A stretch of 64,000 bases of DNA, from the IMG/VR virus record IMGVR_UViG_3300042474_001151, positions 112,431-176,430 of that record; one strand, given 5' to 3'. Within the stretch, counting starts at the first letter, position 1, and each line of letters begins with the position of its first letter. Under the pieces are notes generated by a model. The model had not been told where the DNA came from. It did not search any database and saw only the letters and a program-made list of their open reading frames with translations. Source of the DNA: a virus (Duplodnaviria; Heunggongvirae; Uroviricota; Caudoviricetes). Shown piece by piece: positions 39,167 to 48,450 of the stretch. Made by a program: the position numbers and the translations under genes.

Positions 39167-40288
39167 ATGTCAAAAATTAAAGAATTAAAAACCAATCCTG
39201 ATAACAGTTTAAATTTGGTTACTGTACTTGAATTATTTAGTCCCGAGGGAAAATCTAAGTACACGGATTTGTTACTTAAATTAATGAAAGGCACGCCAAA
39301 TTTAAAAGAACATACTAAAGAAATTAAAGAGACACTAACTAATGAATTTACATTTATCAGTATAGAAAAGTTGAATGGATTTAGTGAGATTCAATTAATG
39401 TTGTTGTATAAATTTGTTGATAGTTTTTTTAACGTTCAAGATTTGGTAAATTTTAAAAAATTCTGTGATTACAATGAGAGATGTCTTATTGACCAAAACG
39501 ATTTAAGTAGATACAAAAAGTTTGAGGACATTGTTAATGCGGTTAGTATAGCCGACATGAAGGTAGAGACTAAGGATATGGAAAACCAAATCATTAAAGT
39601 TTACGAAGATGATGAGTGGTTATTACTTAGACCATTAACATACTTAGCATCCAAAAAATATGGTTCTAACACAAAATGGTGTACAACCCAATCAAACAAT
39701 TCCGAATATTTTATTAAGTATAGTTCTAAAGGTGTTTTAATTTATTGTATTAATAAAAAGACAGGGTATAAAGTTGCCAGTTTTTATTCATTAGATAAAA
39801 ATGACCAAGAGTTTTCATTTTGGAATCAAAAAGATACTCGTGTTGATTCATTACAAACTGAATTAAACGATGAGTTAAGAAAAATAATTAGTGAGACATC
39901 TATGGCTAAAAATGCCAAAACAAATAGATACCTATTAGATGATGACCAAAGAACTAAAGAAGATATTCTTTTAAAACATAATGGGTTATTTAAGAGTGGA
40001 GCACTTTATGAACCAACGGAACAACCCGAAAGACGATTGAGTGACAGGATTGGTGCCGCTATCAGAAGAGAAAACGAACCAACAGAAGAAATGTTAGAAG
40101 AAAGATCTGAAGAAGCGGAATATGAGGATAGTGAAAATGCTCAGGAACCACAAGAAGATTCGATATTGACTAGAATGATGTGGAATTCCACTGGAGAAAC
40201 TAACTCAATCCCCGAAACTATTGAACATAACAGAGAAAGTTATTATATTAGAAATGGAGGACCAAGTACAGAAACACCAAGAGGGTAA
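39167..40288 (+). CDS. Hypothetical protein with PcfJ-like motif and acidic tail
   Basis: SNTKWCTTQSNNSEYFIKYSSKGVLIYCI resembles the 19620 and 21552 C-termini. Confidence 0.45.
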   Translation: MSKIKELKTNPDNSLNLVTVLELFSPEGKSKYTDLLLKLMKGTPNLKEHTKEIKETLTNEFTFISIEKLNGFSEIQLMLLYKFVDSFFNVQDLVNFKKFCDYNERCLIDQNDLSRYKKFEDIVNAVSIADMKVETKDMENQIIKVYEDDEWLLLRPLTYLASKKYGSNTKWCTTQSNNSEYFIKYSSKGVLIYCINKKTGYKVASFYSLDKNDQEFSFWNQKDTRVDSLQTELNDELRKIISETSMAKNAKTNRYLLDDDQRTKEDILLKHNGLFKSGALYEPTEQPERRLSDRIGAAIRRENEPTEEMLEERSEEAEYEDSENAQEPQEDSILTRMMWNSTGETNSIPETIEHNRESYYIRNGGPSTETPRG

Positions 40289-40299
40289 TATTTATAAGT

Positions 40300-40536
40300 A
40301 TGAAAGTAATTGTAACAGAATCCCAATATCAAAGAGTTGTTTCAGAAGGGTTTTATGAATCTGAAAAACTATACCCAAGAGACTATATCGTTGGTAGATT
40401 AAACAGAGCTCCAAAATATATGAGAGAATATATTAAAAATTTACCTCATATCGAATGTACTGACAATCAAGGTATACAATCTATTTGTACCAAAATCCCC
40501 GAAGTGGTTTACCAATTTTTATTTGGGAATTTCTAA
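40300..40536 (+). CDS. Hypothetical protein
   Basis: ORF only. Confidence 0.4.
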   Translation: MKVIVTESQYQRVVSEGFYESEKLYPRDYIVGRLNRAPKYMREYIKNLPHIECTDNQGIQSICTKIPEVVYQFLFGNF

Positions 40537-40542
40537 AATATT

Positions 40543-40574
40543 TTTGGAATATTCTAAAAATTAGAATATATTTG
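40543..40574 (+). promoter_or_regulatory. Bacteroidetes-type promoter, class A
   Basis: TTTGGAATATTC, 20 nt, then TATATTTG, 19 nt upstream of the ATG at 40594. Confidence 0.6.
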
Positions 40575-40593
40575 TAATCTAAAACAATAAAAC

Positions 40594-40971
40594 ATGTTAG
40601 AGAACATCAGTCCCTACGTTTATCCCGGTATTAAAAATAACGAGGAGTATAAAAAATTAAGAAGGTTTAAAAGGGATAGAATTACAAAAGAGGAAATACT
40701 TGATATAGTTGCTAAGAATTGCTGCGTCACTGCCTCCCAAATACTATCAAGAGTTAGAGATAGAGAAGTAATCGACGCCAGATTTATTTTTGTTGCGGTT
40801 ATGAAAAGAGAGTTTGGTCACACCTTAAAACACATCGGTAAAATTTTAAACAGAGACCACACAACTATCATTCATTCATTGGAAACATTTGCCGATAGAT
40901 ACAAACAGTATGATGAATATAGAGAAGTTGCAGATGGGGTATTCGAAGAAATCAAATCAAAAATAGAGTAA
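40594..40971 (+). CDS. DnaA C-terminal (domain IV) HTH-like protein
   Basis: ARFIFVAVMKREFGHTLKHIGKILNRDHTTIIHS matches Bac_DnaA_C. Confidence 0.6.
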   Translation: MLENISPYVYPGIKNNEEYKKLRRFKRDRITKEEILDIVAKNCCVTASQILSRVRDREVIDARFIFVAVMKREFGHTLKHIGKILNRDHTTIIHSLETFADRYKQYDEYREVADGVFEEIKSKIE

Positions 40972-41528
40972 TGAAAACTTTAATAGTACATCCGGCCGAT
41001 GAGTCCACTACGTTTCTTGACATAGTTTATAGGGACATCCCAAATAAAACTGTTGTTAAAGGTGGTTGTAGTAAGATGGACGTTATGAATCTTATAAAAG
41101 AACATGACCGAGTTATGATGATGGGACACGGCAGTCCTGGAGGTTTATTTTCAATAGGTCAATTTGATAACTGTGGTGCAAAATACGGTGGTTATATTAT
41201 TGACCAATCAACGGTATCACTTTTAAAAGAAAAGGACAACAGTGTCTTTATTTGGTGTAATGCCGATAAGTTTGTTAATGTGTTCGGATTGAAGGGATTC
41301 TATTCTGGAATGTTCATCAGCGAAGTTGGTGAAGCGTTATATTGTGGATTACCCGGTACACAACAAGATGAAGTTGATGAATCAAACTATGGTTTTGTAA
41401 ACATCATTGGTAAGTACATTAATGAAGATAAGAACGTCATATATGAAAATGTGATGAAAGAATATGGAATTATTGCGGAGGAAAACCCTGTTGCATTATA
41501 CAATCACAATAGACTTTATAAATCATGA
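40971..41528 (+). CDS. Hypothetical protein
   Basis: ORF only. Confidence 0.45.
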   Translation: MKTLIVHPADESTTFLDIVYRDIPNKTVVKGGCSKMDVMNLIKEHDRVMMMGHGSPGGLFSIGQFDNCGAKYGGYIIDQSTVSLLKEKDNSVFIWCNADKFVNVFGLKGFYSGMFISEVGEALYCGLPGTQQDEVDESNYGFVNIIGKYINEDKNVIYENVMKEYGIIAEENPVALYNHNRLYKS

Positions 41529-42037
41529 TAACAAACAAACAATACAAAGTAGAACTCTTAGATGGTAGAATACCCGATAAGATATTCGAAACAAGACAAG
41601 AGGCGGTTAGAGAATACCGTGGTAACATTAGTAAATTAATCGAGTATCTCCCAAGAGAAATTAAAAAGACAGTCGACACATCTGGTGACCAACTTGCAAT
41701 ATTAATTAGTGCAAGAAGTAACGAAGATTTAGACATATCTTTAGATTGTAGTTATGCAGTAATGTATAATTGTCCTAAAAGAGATAAGATATATCCTGGT
41801 ATGAAATACTTGGAGGTGTCGGATGAATATGTTTTGGAGGCGGTAATCGATAAGTTAGAAAAATATGAGAAAGGTGCACATCCACATTGGAAAGGACCGG
41901 GTTATAAACCCACCAAAGAATGGAAATGGGCTATCTATCACAAGAATGGTAAGTTAATTAGAAGGGACAACGCAGAACAAAAATATAGCAACTCCTTGAA
42001 GGGAACTCAAGGAGGAATTAGTTACATCAAAATTTAA
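41525..42037 (+). CDS. Hypothetical protein
   Basis: ORF only. Confidence 0.45.
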   Translation: MITNKQYKVELLDGRIPDKIFETRQEAVREYRGNISKLIEYLPREIKKTVDTSGDQLAILISARSNEDLDISLDCSYAVMYNCPKRDKIYPGMKYLEVSDEYVLEAVIDKLEKYEKGAHPHWKGPGYKPTKEWKWAIYHKNGKLIRRDNAEQKYSNSLKGTQGGISYIKI

Positions 42038-42040
42038 ATC

Positions 42041-42526
42041 ATGTCTAAAAAACCAACACAATACCCATTGGTGATTAGAGAATTAAGAGACTATATGAAC
42101 GCCGAAGATTTGATTATTACATTATCATTTGGTAGAAAATGCTTAAGTGAAACACTTTATGTAAGTGGTGAATGGGAGGGTAAAGATTATTCACTTACCG
42201 CAGACATCAATTGGAGAAGTGGGGAACTTAAAACAACCGAAATGGACGTTTTTCAATTGGTTAAACTATTGAAAACCAAGAACATTTCGGAGATGAATCA
42301 TAAAGATTTTAATGGTTTGGAATTAATTGAAACAAGAGACGGAGATACAAGTTTTTATGATTTGGAATGGAGTGAACCTTTAACTGAAGAAGAGGAAGAA
42401 GTGGCACCAAGTGAATGGGATATGTACAATGACGGAGACATAAACGATGCTTGGTACGAATTCGATGGAGGTATCGATAAATTAGAAATAAGAGTTGGTG
42501 ATTACGCAACCGAAATAACAGAATAA
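42041..42526 (+). CDS. Acidic hypothetical protein
   Basis: ORF only. Confidence 0.45.
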   Translation: MSKKPTQYPLVIRELRDYMNAEDLIITLSFGRKCLSETLYVSGEWEGKDYSLTADINWRSGELKTTEMDVFQLVKLLKTKNISEMNHKDFNGLELIETRDGDTSFYDLEWSEPLTEEEEEVAPSEWDMYNDGDINDAWYEFDGGIDKLEIRVGDYATEITE

Positions 42527-42702
42527 TATGGATAGATTTCCCAAAGGATTTGCAAGATTTTTAAGTTTAATGTCAGCCCTTATTTTAGGATCTTACATTA
42601 CCCAACAGTTTAAATTTAATCAACCTGTTGAATTTTATAGATATTTTTTAACCTTTATGTTTGGTTTGATATTCTATATTCACGGAAATTCAAAAGATTA
42701 AT

Positions 42703-42924
42703 ATGAAAAGATATAATTGTTTTTTAATTATCGGTAGTGAATTAAGAGAAGTAACGGTTCTTGCTGATACGGTACACCCCGATTCCACATGTGCGACTAG
42801 ATTTCATAAGAAAGTAAATGTAATTGGGGAGTATGGATCACGAGAAACTCATTTTGAACTTGTGGCTCAGTACCCATCTGATAGATTGGTTATAGAATCG
42901 ATTGAAGATTTAACCATTGAGTAG
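42703..42924 (+). CDS. Hypothetical protein
   Basis: ORF only. Confidence 0.4.
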   Translation: MKRYNCFLIIGSELREVTVLADTVHPDSTCATRFHKKVNVIGEYGSRETHFELVAQYPSDRLVIESIEDLTIE

Positions 42925-42935
42925 TATTTATTAAT

Positions 42936-43454
42936 ATGAAAAAGGTTATTTTAACAGAAGCACAGTTTAGTAAATTGGTTGAACAAACCGTATTTTATGA
43001 TTTGAGTGAACTACCATCTCATATTGAGTCTATAACGAAAGATGTTATCGAGGGTAAGAAATCTATGAGTAAACTAATTGGTTTTTTAAAAACAATCAAT
43101 ATTGGTAATATTCTTGAAGAACCTGCAAAGTATTCTAAAATCGTTCAAGATTGTTCTAAACTACATGAAGTTTATAGAGCAAAAAATAACAAATATTGGG
43201 ATATTAGAGATTCGTTCGACGAACAGGAATATGAGAATGGTGGACGTTATAGTGACGAATTTTACAAATTTGACCACTTAGTAAATGATATAGATAATTT
43301 ACAAACAGATTTAGATAACTTACATGACATGTATAATGATATTATTGAACCATTTGTTGAATATGGTAAAGTGTCTGAAAGAATGTCATATTTTGAAAAA
43401 GAATATCCACCTGAAACAATTAATATTAAACCAATAGATAACAACCCTGAATAA
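42936..43454 (+). CDS. Hypothetical protein
   Basis: ORF followed by a terminator. Confidence 0.5.
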   Translation: MKKVILTEAQFSKLVEQTVFYDLSELPSHIESITKDVIEGKKSMSKLIGFLKTINIGNILEEPAKYSKIVQDCSKLHEVYRAKNNKYWDIRDSFDEQEYENGGRYSDEFYKFDHLVNDIDNLQTDLDNLHDMYNDIIEPFVEYGKVSERMSYFEKEYPPETINIKPIDNNPE

Positions 43455-43472
43455 ATTTCAGGGTTTTTTTTT
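43445..43472 (+). terminator. Intrinsic terminator
   Basis: CCCTGAA-TAAA-TTTCAGGG followed by T9. Confidence 0.8.
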
Positions 43473-43501
43473 GGAATATACAAAATATTATTGTATATTT
43501 G
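43470..43501 (+). promoter_or_regulatory. Bacteroidetes-type promoter, class A
   Basis: TTTGGAATATAC, 20 nt, then TATATTTG, upstream of 43523. It abuts the terminator T-run. Confidence 0.6.
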
Positions 43502-43522
43502 CATGTAAACAAAATATAAAAG

Positions 43523-43996
43523 ATGAACAAACATTTTGAATTTAGTGAAGAAGATTTTAATGACCCTAAAAAGTTTATGAAAAAATTTAGGGCTATGTTA
43601 AAAGATATGAGGGAGGGGTTAAGTGATGATAGAAGAAAAGAATTGGATGATTTTATGAAGAAAAGTAGAGTTAAAACTGATATGTTTGAAGTTCGTAATG
43701 TTAGAGGTGTGAGGTCGTTTGGTTTATTTGAAGAGGTTATGAATATTACTGAGTTCATGATAACAAACGGAATCGAGAGTTTCTTTTCTATTCCAAGAAG
43801 ACCAGGTAAAACTTATGACGAACACATTGACGCCGTTTATGAACATTACGTTAATGTTGAGCAGTTAGAATTTGACGAAACATTTATTAGTAACGTTAAT
43901 TACCTTCTTGAATATTATGTTGAGGATGAACAATACGAAAAATGTGTTTATCTCCAATGGTTGAAGGAACAATACACAGAGTACATTTCAAAGTAA
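43523..43996 (+). CDS. Hypothetical protein
   Basis: ORF only. Confidence 0.5.
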   Translation: MNKHFEFSEEDFNDPKKFMKKFRAMLKDMREGLSDDRRKELDDFMKKSRVKTDMFEVRNVRGVRSFGLFEEVMNITEFMITNGIESFFSIPRRPGKTYDEHIDAVYEHYVNVEQLEFDETFISNVNYLLEYYVEDEQYEKCVYLQWLKEQYTEYISK

Positions 43997-44002
43997 TTTA
44001 AA

Positions 44003-44227
44003 ATGGAACAATGTCAAAAAATAAAATTTGGAAAAAAGGAAGTTAAGACGGTCTTAAACTACATTCGTTTTAAACAAAGTAAACGATGGAGAAAAGAAGT
44101 ACGATACTACCATTGTTCAGATTGTAACCATTGGCATTTAACATCTTGGGACAATTATGATGAAGAACCAATAGACATCCAAATAGATTATTCTAAATGG
44201 GAAAAATTATTAAAACAAGAATTATAA
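44003..44227 (+). CDS. Small C2H2-like zinc-binding protein
   Basis: YHCSDCNHWH. Confidence 0.4.
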   Translation: MEQCQKIKFGKKEVKTVLNYIRFKQSKRWRKEVRYYHCSDCNHWHLTSWDNYDEEPIDIQIDYSKWEKLLKQEL

Positions 44228-44230
44228 AAC

Positions 44231-44413
44231 ATGGAAATTAAAATTAAAATTAAATATCATATCGAAGTTGGTGAAGAAATTATTGAGTGTGAAACTTTAG
44301 AACAAGCCGAAAAAAAGATGAAGAATTTAAGATCTTCTGAATCTGAATTTTATCTTTATCGCACAGAATTAAAAGGTAAATCAATTAAAGAAATCTATTT
44401 AATCGGTAATTAA
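44231..44413 (+). CDS. Small hypothetical protein
   Basis: ORF only. Confidence 0.35.
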   Translation: MEIKIKIKYHIEVGEEIIECETLEQAEKKMKNLRSSESEFYLYRTELKGKSIKEIYLIGN

Positions 44414-44418
44414 TTCAT

Positions 44419-44754
44419 ATGGTTAAATCGTTTAAATTTTTTGTTGGTAATGAAGAGGACGAAGATTATCCAATCGAAGATATGGATATCGAAACCTTAG
44501 ATGATGATAGTCCTTCTTGGTCATGGACATGTATGTTACCATTAGATGGTTACACATACGATATTGTCGAAACCCAAAGCAATGGGATACATGAATTCTT
44601 AAGTAGATTCCCAAACAGATTTTGTGTTCCTGTGTTATCGATAACCGGACCAAACGGAAGATTTCATGATACTAACACACAATATGATGATGGTTGGGGA
44701 TTTGATATCACATCCGATTTACTTACAATAAGATTTTTAAGATTTGAATCTTAG
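44419..44754 (+). CDS. FKFFxG-family small acidic protein
   Basis: N-terminal MVKSFKFFVGN. Confidence 0.5.
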   Translation: MVKSFKFFVGNEEDEDYPIEDMDIETLDDDSPSWSWTCMLPLDGYTYDIVETQSNGIHEFLSRFPNRFCVPVLSITGPNGRFHDTNTQYDDGWGFDITSDLLTIRFLRFES

Positions 44755-44778
44755 TTTCTTAAAAATAATAGTAATATT

Positions 44779-44810
44779 TTTGGATATTCAAAATATAATT
44801 CGTATATTTG
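44779..44810 (+). promoter_or_regulatory. Bacteroidetes-type promoter, class A
   Basis: TTTGGATATTC, 20 nt, then TATATTTG, 4 nt before the ATG at 44815 (leaderless). Confidence 0.55.
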
Positions 44811-44814
44811 TGGT

Positions 44815-45240
44815 ATGAATACATCAATATTGACCTTTTTATTATCAATGTCACCATTGGTTATAAAAACTGCAGAAGCTCCAAGTAGATTTAATTATCC
44901 GATAAAGATAACTAAATCAATTAGTTATGAGACAGTTACCCTTACAACCTATTCTGCAAGCGTAGGAGAAACTGACTCAACTCCTCACATAACAGCATCG
45001 GGATTTAAGATTGATACTGCTAATCCAAAAAAACACAGAATCATTGCGGTTTCAAGGGATTTAAAAAAGAAATGGCCGTTTGGTACTAAGGTTAGAATTA
45101 AAAGTGCGGGAAAATATAACGGAGTTTATACCGTTAAAGATGTAATGAACAAAAGGTATAAGAATAGAGTAGATATATTAATTGGTGAGGATGATAGACA
45201 AACCACCATGAACAACGTAAGAATTACTAAAATTAAATAA
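44815..45240 (+). CDS. Secreted 3D-domain (MltA/YuiC-like) cell-wall-binding/lytic protein
   Basis: Signal peptide, then TTYSASVGETDSTPHITASG...IIAVSRDL...GVYTVKDVM...RVDIL, the 3D-domain pattern. Confidence 0.55.
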   Translation: MNTSILTFLLSMSPLVIKTAEAPSRFNYPIKITKSISYETVTLTTYSASVGETDSTPHITASGFKIDTANPKKHRIIAVSRDLKKKWPFGTKVRIKSAGKYNGVYTVKDVMNKRYKNRVDILIGEDDRQTTMNNVRITKIK

Positions 45241-45241
45241 A

Positions 45242-45688
45242 ATGACTCCTGATTTCACAGTTAGACCATCCCAATTAATAAACATTCTTTGGGTATTTAT
45301 TGGTGGATTTGCAGTATCTGCCGCAGTATCAACAGAATTTTATTGGATTGCACTTGTTGCACTAATACCAATCTATAAGATTTTAGATTATGCATGTTGG
45401 ACCTACGATATCTATGACGACCGTATTGTAGAAAGTCGTGGTGTATTTTCTGTTACCACAAGAGAAGTGTATTTCCATAGAATTAAATCTGTAATGATGG
45501 AAAGACCTTTTTGGATGAGAATTCTTGGTGTTGGTAGTGTTATGGTTAGAAGTTCTGACCAATTCACCAGTTACTTTGTAATCTATGGTATCGATGACGT
45601 TGAGGAATTTGAAGAAGATTTTCAAGATGTTATTCAAGATAAAAGAAAGGAAAATGGAATGAAAGAACATGAAATATTTCAAATGTAA
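45242..45688 (+). CDS. Membrane protein with bacterial PH (bPH_2)-like domain
   Basis: Two TM helices, then a SRGVFSVTTREVYFHRIKSV block. Confidence 0.45.
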   Translation: MTPDFTVRPSQLINILWVFIGGFAVSAAVSTEFYWIALVALIPIYKILDYACWTYDIYDDRIVESRGVFSVTTREVYFHRIKSVMMERPFWMRILGVGSVMVRSSDQFTSYFVIYGIDDVEEFEEDFQDVIQDKRKENGMKEHEIFQM

Positions 45689-45950
45689 AATATAAAACAA
45701 TTAATATGACATCAAAATTTTTTGGTTCACCAAAACCAAACCAAGTGAAGAAAGGAGATAAAAAAACTCCAACCACACAACCTAAACCAGTGAAGACCAC
45801 TCAGATTAAAAAAAATAATAGAGGTAAATAATATGAACAAGTTAATAATTAAATTTAAAAAAATCCTACAAGAAATCTTGTTGGGGTTTAAAATTGCTGA
45901 AGAGAATAAACATAAATCCCAATGGGGTAAGTTTTAAATTAAAAAAATGT

Positions 45951-46313
45951 ATGAGAGAATTCAAATTTTTCAGAGGGTACGTTGATAACCAATCGATAGG
46001 AATTAATTGGGATGAAATCAATAGAATAAATGAAATAAATAGATTACCAACTTGGAGTGGTACTAACTACCAACCAACATGGATTACTAATCCGGGTTAT
46101 ATTGTTCCACAACCATATACTATAACAACAACACCGGGTACTGGCACATATACGATTCCATTCAGTGGAACAATTAGTGGTTCATCAACGGGTTTTAGTT
46201 TAACAACATCAAATCCAAACGGAATAACTTATACTACGGGTGGTATGGGTGGAACTTTTACAACGACAGGTACAGTATCTACAAATACATTTTATACTTC
46301 AAATATTAAGTAA
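45951..46313 (+). CDS. FKFFxG-family protein with Gly/Thr-rich low-complexity tail
   Basis: Start moved to the in-frame Met, giving MREFKFFRGYV. Confidence 0.45.
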   Translation: MREFKFFRGYVDNQSIGINWDEINRINEINRLPTWSGTNYQPTWITNPGYIVPQPYTITTTPGTGTYTIPFSGTISGSSTGFSLTTSNPNGITYTTGGMGGTFTTTGTVSTNTFYTSNIK

Positions 46314-46750
46314 TGACTAAGTTCGTTTTTTTCAGGGGTTATGTTGGAACATTAAATGTAATGGATGGAGAAACTTATGCCACCGCATCACTCAATGACG
46401 ATACTCCCGAAGGTCATATGAATAGAAGAATGTTATATCACACAAATCATAATCTTCTTGATAATGTTAGAAGGGAAATACCAAGAGGTCGGTTTGGCAC
46501 GCCCGAGAGACACCAAGATATCCTAAGAAGACTACAAATGACTAACGATTTAAGAGATCTAAATGATAACCCTATAAGATTATTCCAAACAACATCAGTA
46601 ACAACAGTTAACCCGAAGTGGTGGATGAAGATAAAGATGTTTTTTCAAGAGGCTAATTTTAATGGTGAAATCTTAGGTATTATTTTTATTGCTGGTTCAT
46701 TAACTATTGGTGTAATTCTCGGAATTGCTAAATTATTAAATGCATGGTAA
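46313..46750 (+). CDS. FKFFxG-family protein with C-terminal TM anchor
   Basis: MTKFVFFRGYVG; C-terminal ILGIIFIAGSLTIGVILGIA. Confidence 0.45.
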   Translation: MTKFVFFRGYVGTLNVMDGETYATASLNDDTPEGHMNRRMLYHTNHNLLDNVRREIPRGRFGTPERHQDILRRLQMTNDLRDLNDNPIRLFQTTSVTTVNPKWWMKIKMFFQEANFNGEILGIIFIAGSLTIGVILGIAKLLNAW

Positions 46751-46968
46751 GCGAGTTTAAGTTCTTTCAAAAGAACAAATATAAAGATAGATGTCGATTA
46801 CAGATTGGTTCCTCATTTATTTTACGTGGATATTATTGTACCGTAACAAGAATGTTTGCAAACCATTTTGAATATTGGGTACAAGAAACGGAATTTACCA
46901 TTGCTATGAGTTATAAAGATTATCTAGCCACACCATCGGCTGCAGGTAGACAATTAAATAGTATATGA
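46744..46968 (+). CDS. FKFFxG-family small protein
   Basis: MVSEFKFFQK. Confidence 0.4.
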   Translation: MVSEFKFFQKNKYKDRCRLQIGSSFILRGYYCTVTRMFANHFEYWVQETEFTIAMSYKDYLATPSAAGRQLNSI

Positions 46969-47459
46969 TAAAACCTTTTAAACTACTTAAAGGATACACA
47001 TACAGTGATGAGTATACATTACCAACACAACAAAATCCACCATTCAATTTATCACATCGTCATTGGAATTTGTTACCTCAAGATTTGAGAGGTGCGACAT
47101 TACAAGAAATGGAATGTTATATTCGTGGATGGGAAGATGCTCGTAGTAATGTTACGGTAAATCCATATATTGATAGAATAAGACGTAGTTTGTGGAATAG
47201 GGGGTTTCTAAGGTGGAGGGGTAGAGTAGGAATGAATTATCGTAATGTAAATCCTAACCTACCAATAGACGAAAGTTACCCTGAATATTATAACACAGAT
47301 GATTTTGTTTTCTCTGATGTGTCCTCAATTATGTTTGACCCAATTAGTTCTCAACCATACAAACATATGATGTTTAGACATATTGAGGATGGAGATACGG
47401 TAGAAGGTAATAGAATATTTCCCGACCACCCAATGTGGAACTTCCTTGATATAATATAA
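46965..47459 (+). CDS. FKFFxG-family (variant FKLLKGY) protein
   Basis: MIKPFKLLKGYTY. Confidence 0.45.
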   Translation: MIKPFKLLKGYTYSDEYTLPTQQNPPFNLSHRHWNLLPQDLRGATLQEMECYIRGWEDARSNVTVNPYIDRIRRSLWNRGFLRWRGRVGMNYRNVNPNLPIDESYPEYYNTDDFVFSDVSSIMFDPISSQPYKHMMFRHIEDGDTVEGNRIFPDHPMWNFLDII

Positions 47460-47460
47460 A

Positions 47461-47529
47461 TGACAAAGTCGGAAGTAAAAACGTGACAATCTCGGAAGTA
47501 AAAACGTGACAATCTCGGAAGTTAAGGAT
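47461..47529. repeat. Three tandem 23-bp direct repeats (TGACAA[AG/TC]TCGGAAGTAAAAACG)
   Basis: Copies at 47461-83, 47484-506 and 47507-29 (the third degenerate), directly upstream of 47541. Confidence 0.85.
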
Positions 47530-47540
47530 AATTATTATTT

Positions 47541-47729
47541 ATGAGAGAAAGAATTATAGGACCTTATTTGGTTCAACAACAAATTGTATTAGATCCAGAG
47601 GGAGAAGTCATTTTTTATAAAATTGACTCACCATTATTTAATGGGGTAAAATTAACGGTTATGTCTGAAAGTGATTTAACTGAGGAAGTAATTGAACAAC
47701 ACTTACGGGTTCTGAATATAATGGTTTGA
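47541..47729 (+). CDS. Hypothetical protein
   Basis: ORF only. Confidence 0.4.
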   Translation: MRERIIGPYLVQQQIVLDPEGEVIFYKIDSPLFNGVKLTVMSESDLTEEVIEQHLRVLNIMV

Positions 47730-47760
47730 TAATCAAAGTTATGGTTCTAAAGAACTATTT

Positions 47761-48450
47761 ATGAGGATGAAAATACAAGCATTATTTATCTCAGATGTTC
47801 ATCTGGGTTCAAAAGGTTCCAACGCAAATGAGGTCCTAAACATTCTCAAACAATACCAACCCGAATATCTATTCTTAGTTGGGGATATAATTGACGGATG
47901 GTTACTGAAAAGGAAGTTCCGTTGGCCCCAATCACATACCAATGTGTTAAGAAAGATATTATCACATTCAAAGAATGGGACAAAGGTAATATACATACCG
48001 GGGAATCATGATGAATTTCTAAGGGAATATGGTGAATTCTCTTTTGGAAACGTGGAGATTCATAATGAGTATGTATGGAAGAATACCTTTATTACTCATG
48101 GTGATTTATATGATGGTGTGGTTAAATTGAAATGGTTGGGTATTCTTGGGTCGGTTGGATATGACGCAGCAATATCCATTGATAGATTTTTAAAGAAGTT
48201 GGGGATGAAGAGATCACTATCCAAGTTTTTAAAGAATAAGGTTAAGGAGGCGGTAAAGTTTATCACACAATATGAGGTGGAGTTAACCAGACAAGCCAAG
48301 AAACATCGATGCACAACCGTGATATCTGGACACATTCACCATCCTGAGGATAGAATGATTGATGGTATAAGATACATGAACTGCGGGGATTGGATTGAAA
48401 ACAATAGTTATATAATATACAACAACGATGAATATACGGTCATTAAGTAA
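47761..48450 (+). CDS. Metallophosphoesterase, LpxH-like
   Basis: ALFISDVHLGS, FLVGDIIDGW and GNHDEF motifs. Confidence 0.65.
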   Translation: MRMKIQALFISDVHLGSKGSNANEVLNILKQYQPEYLFLVGDIIDGWLLKRKFRWPQSHTNVLRKILSHSKNGTKVIYIPGNHDEFLREYGEFSFGNVEIHNEYVWKNTFITHGDLYDGVVKLKWLGILGSVGYDAAISIDRFLKKLGMKRSLSKFLKNKVKEAVKFITQYEVELTRQAKKHRCTTVISGHIHHPEDRMIDGIRYMNCGDWIENNSYIIYNNDEYTVIK

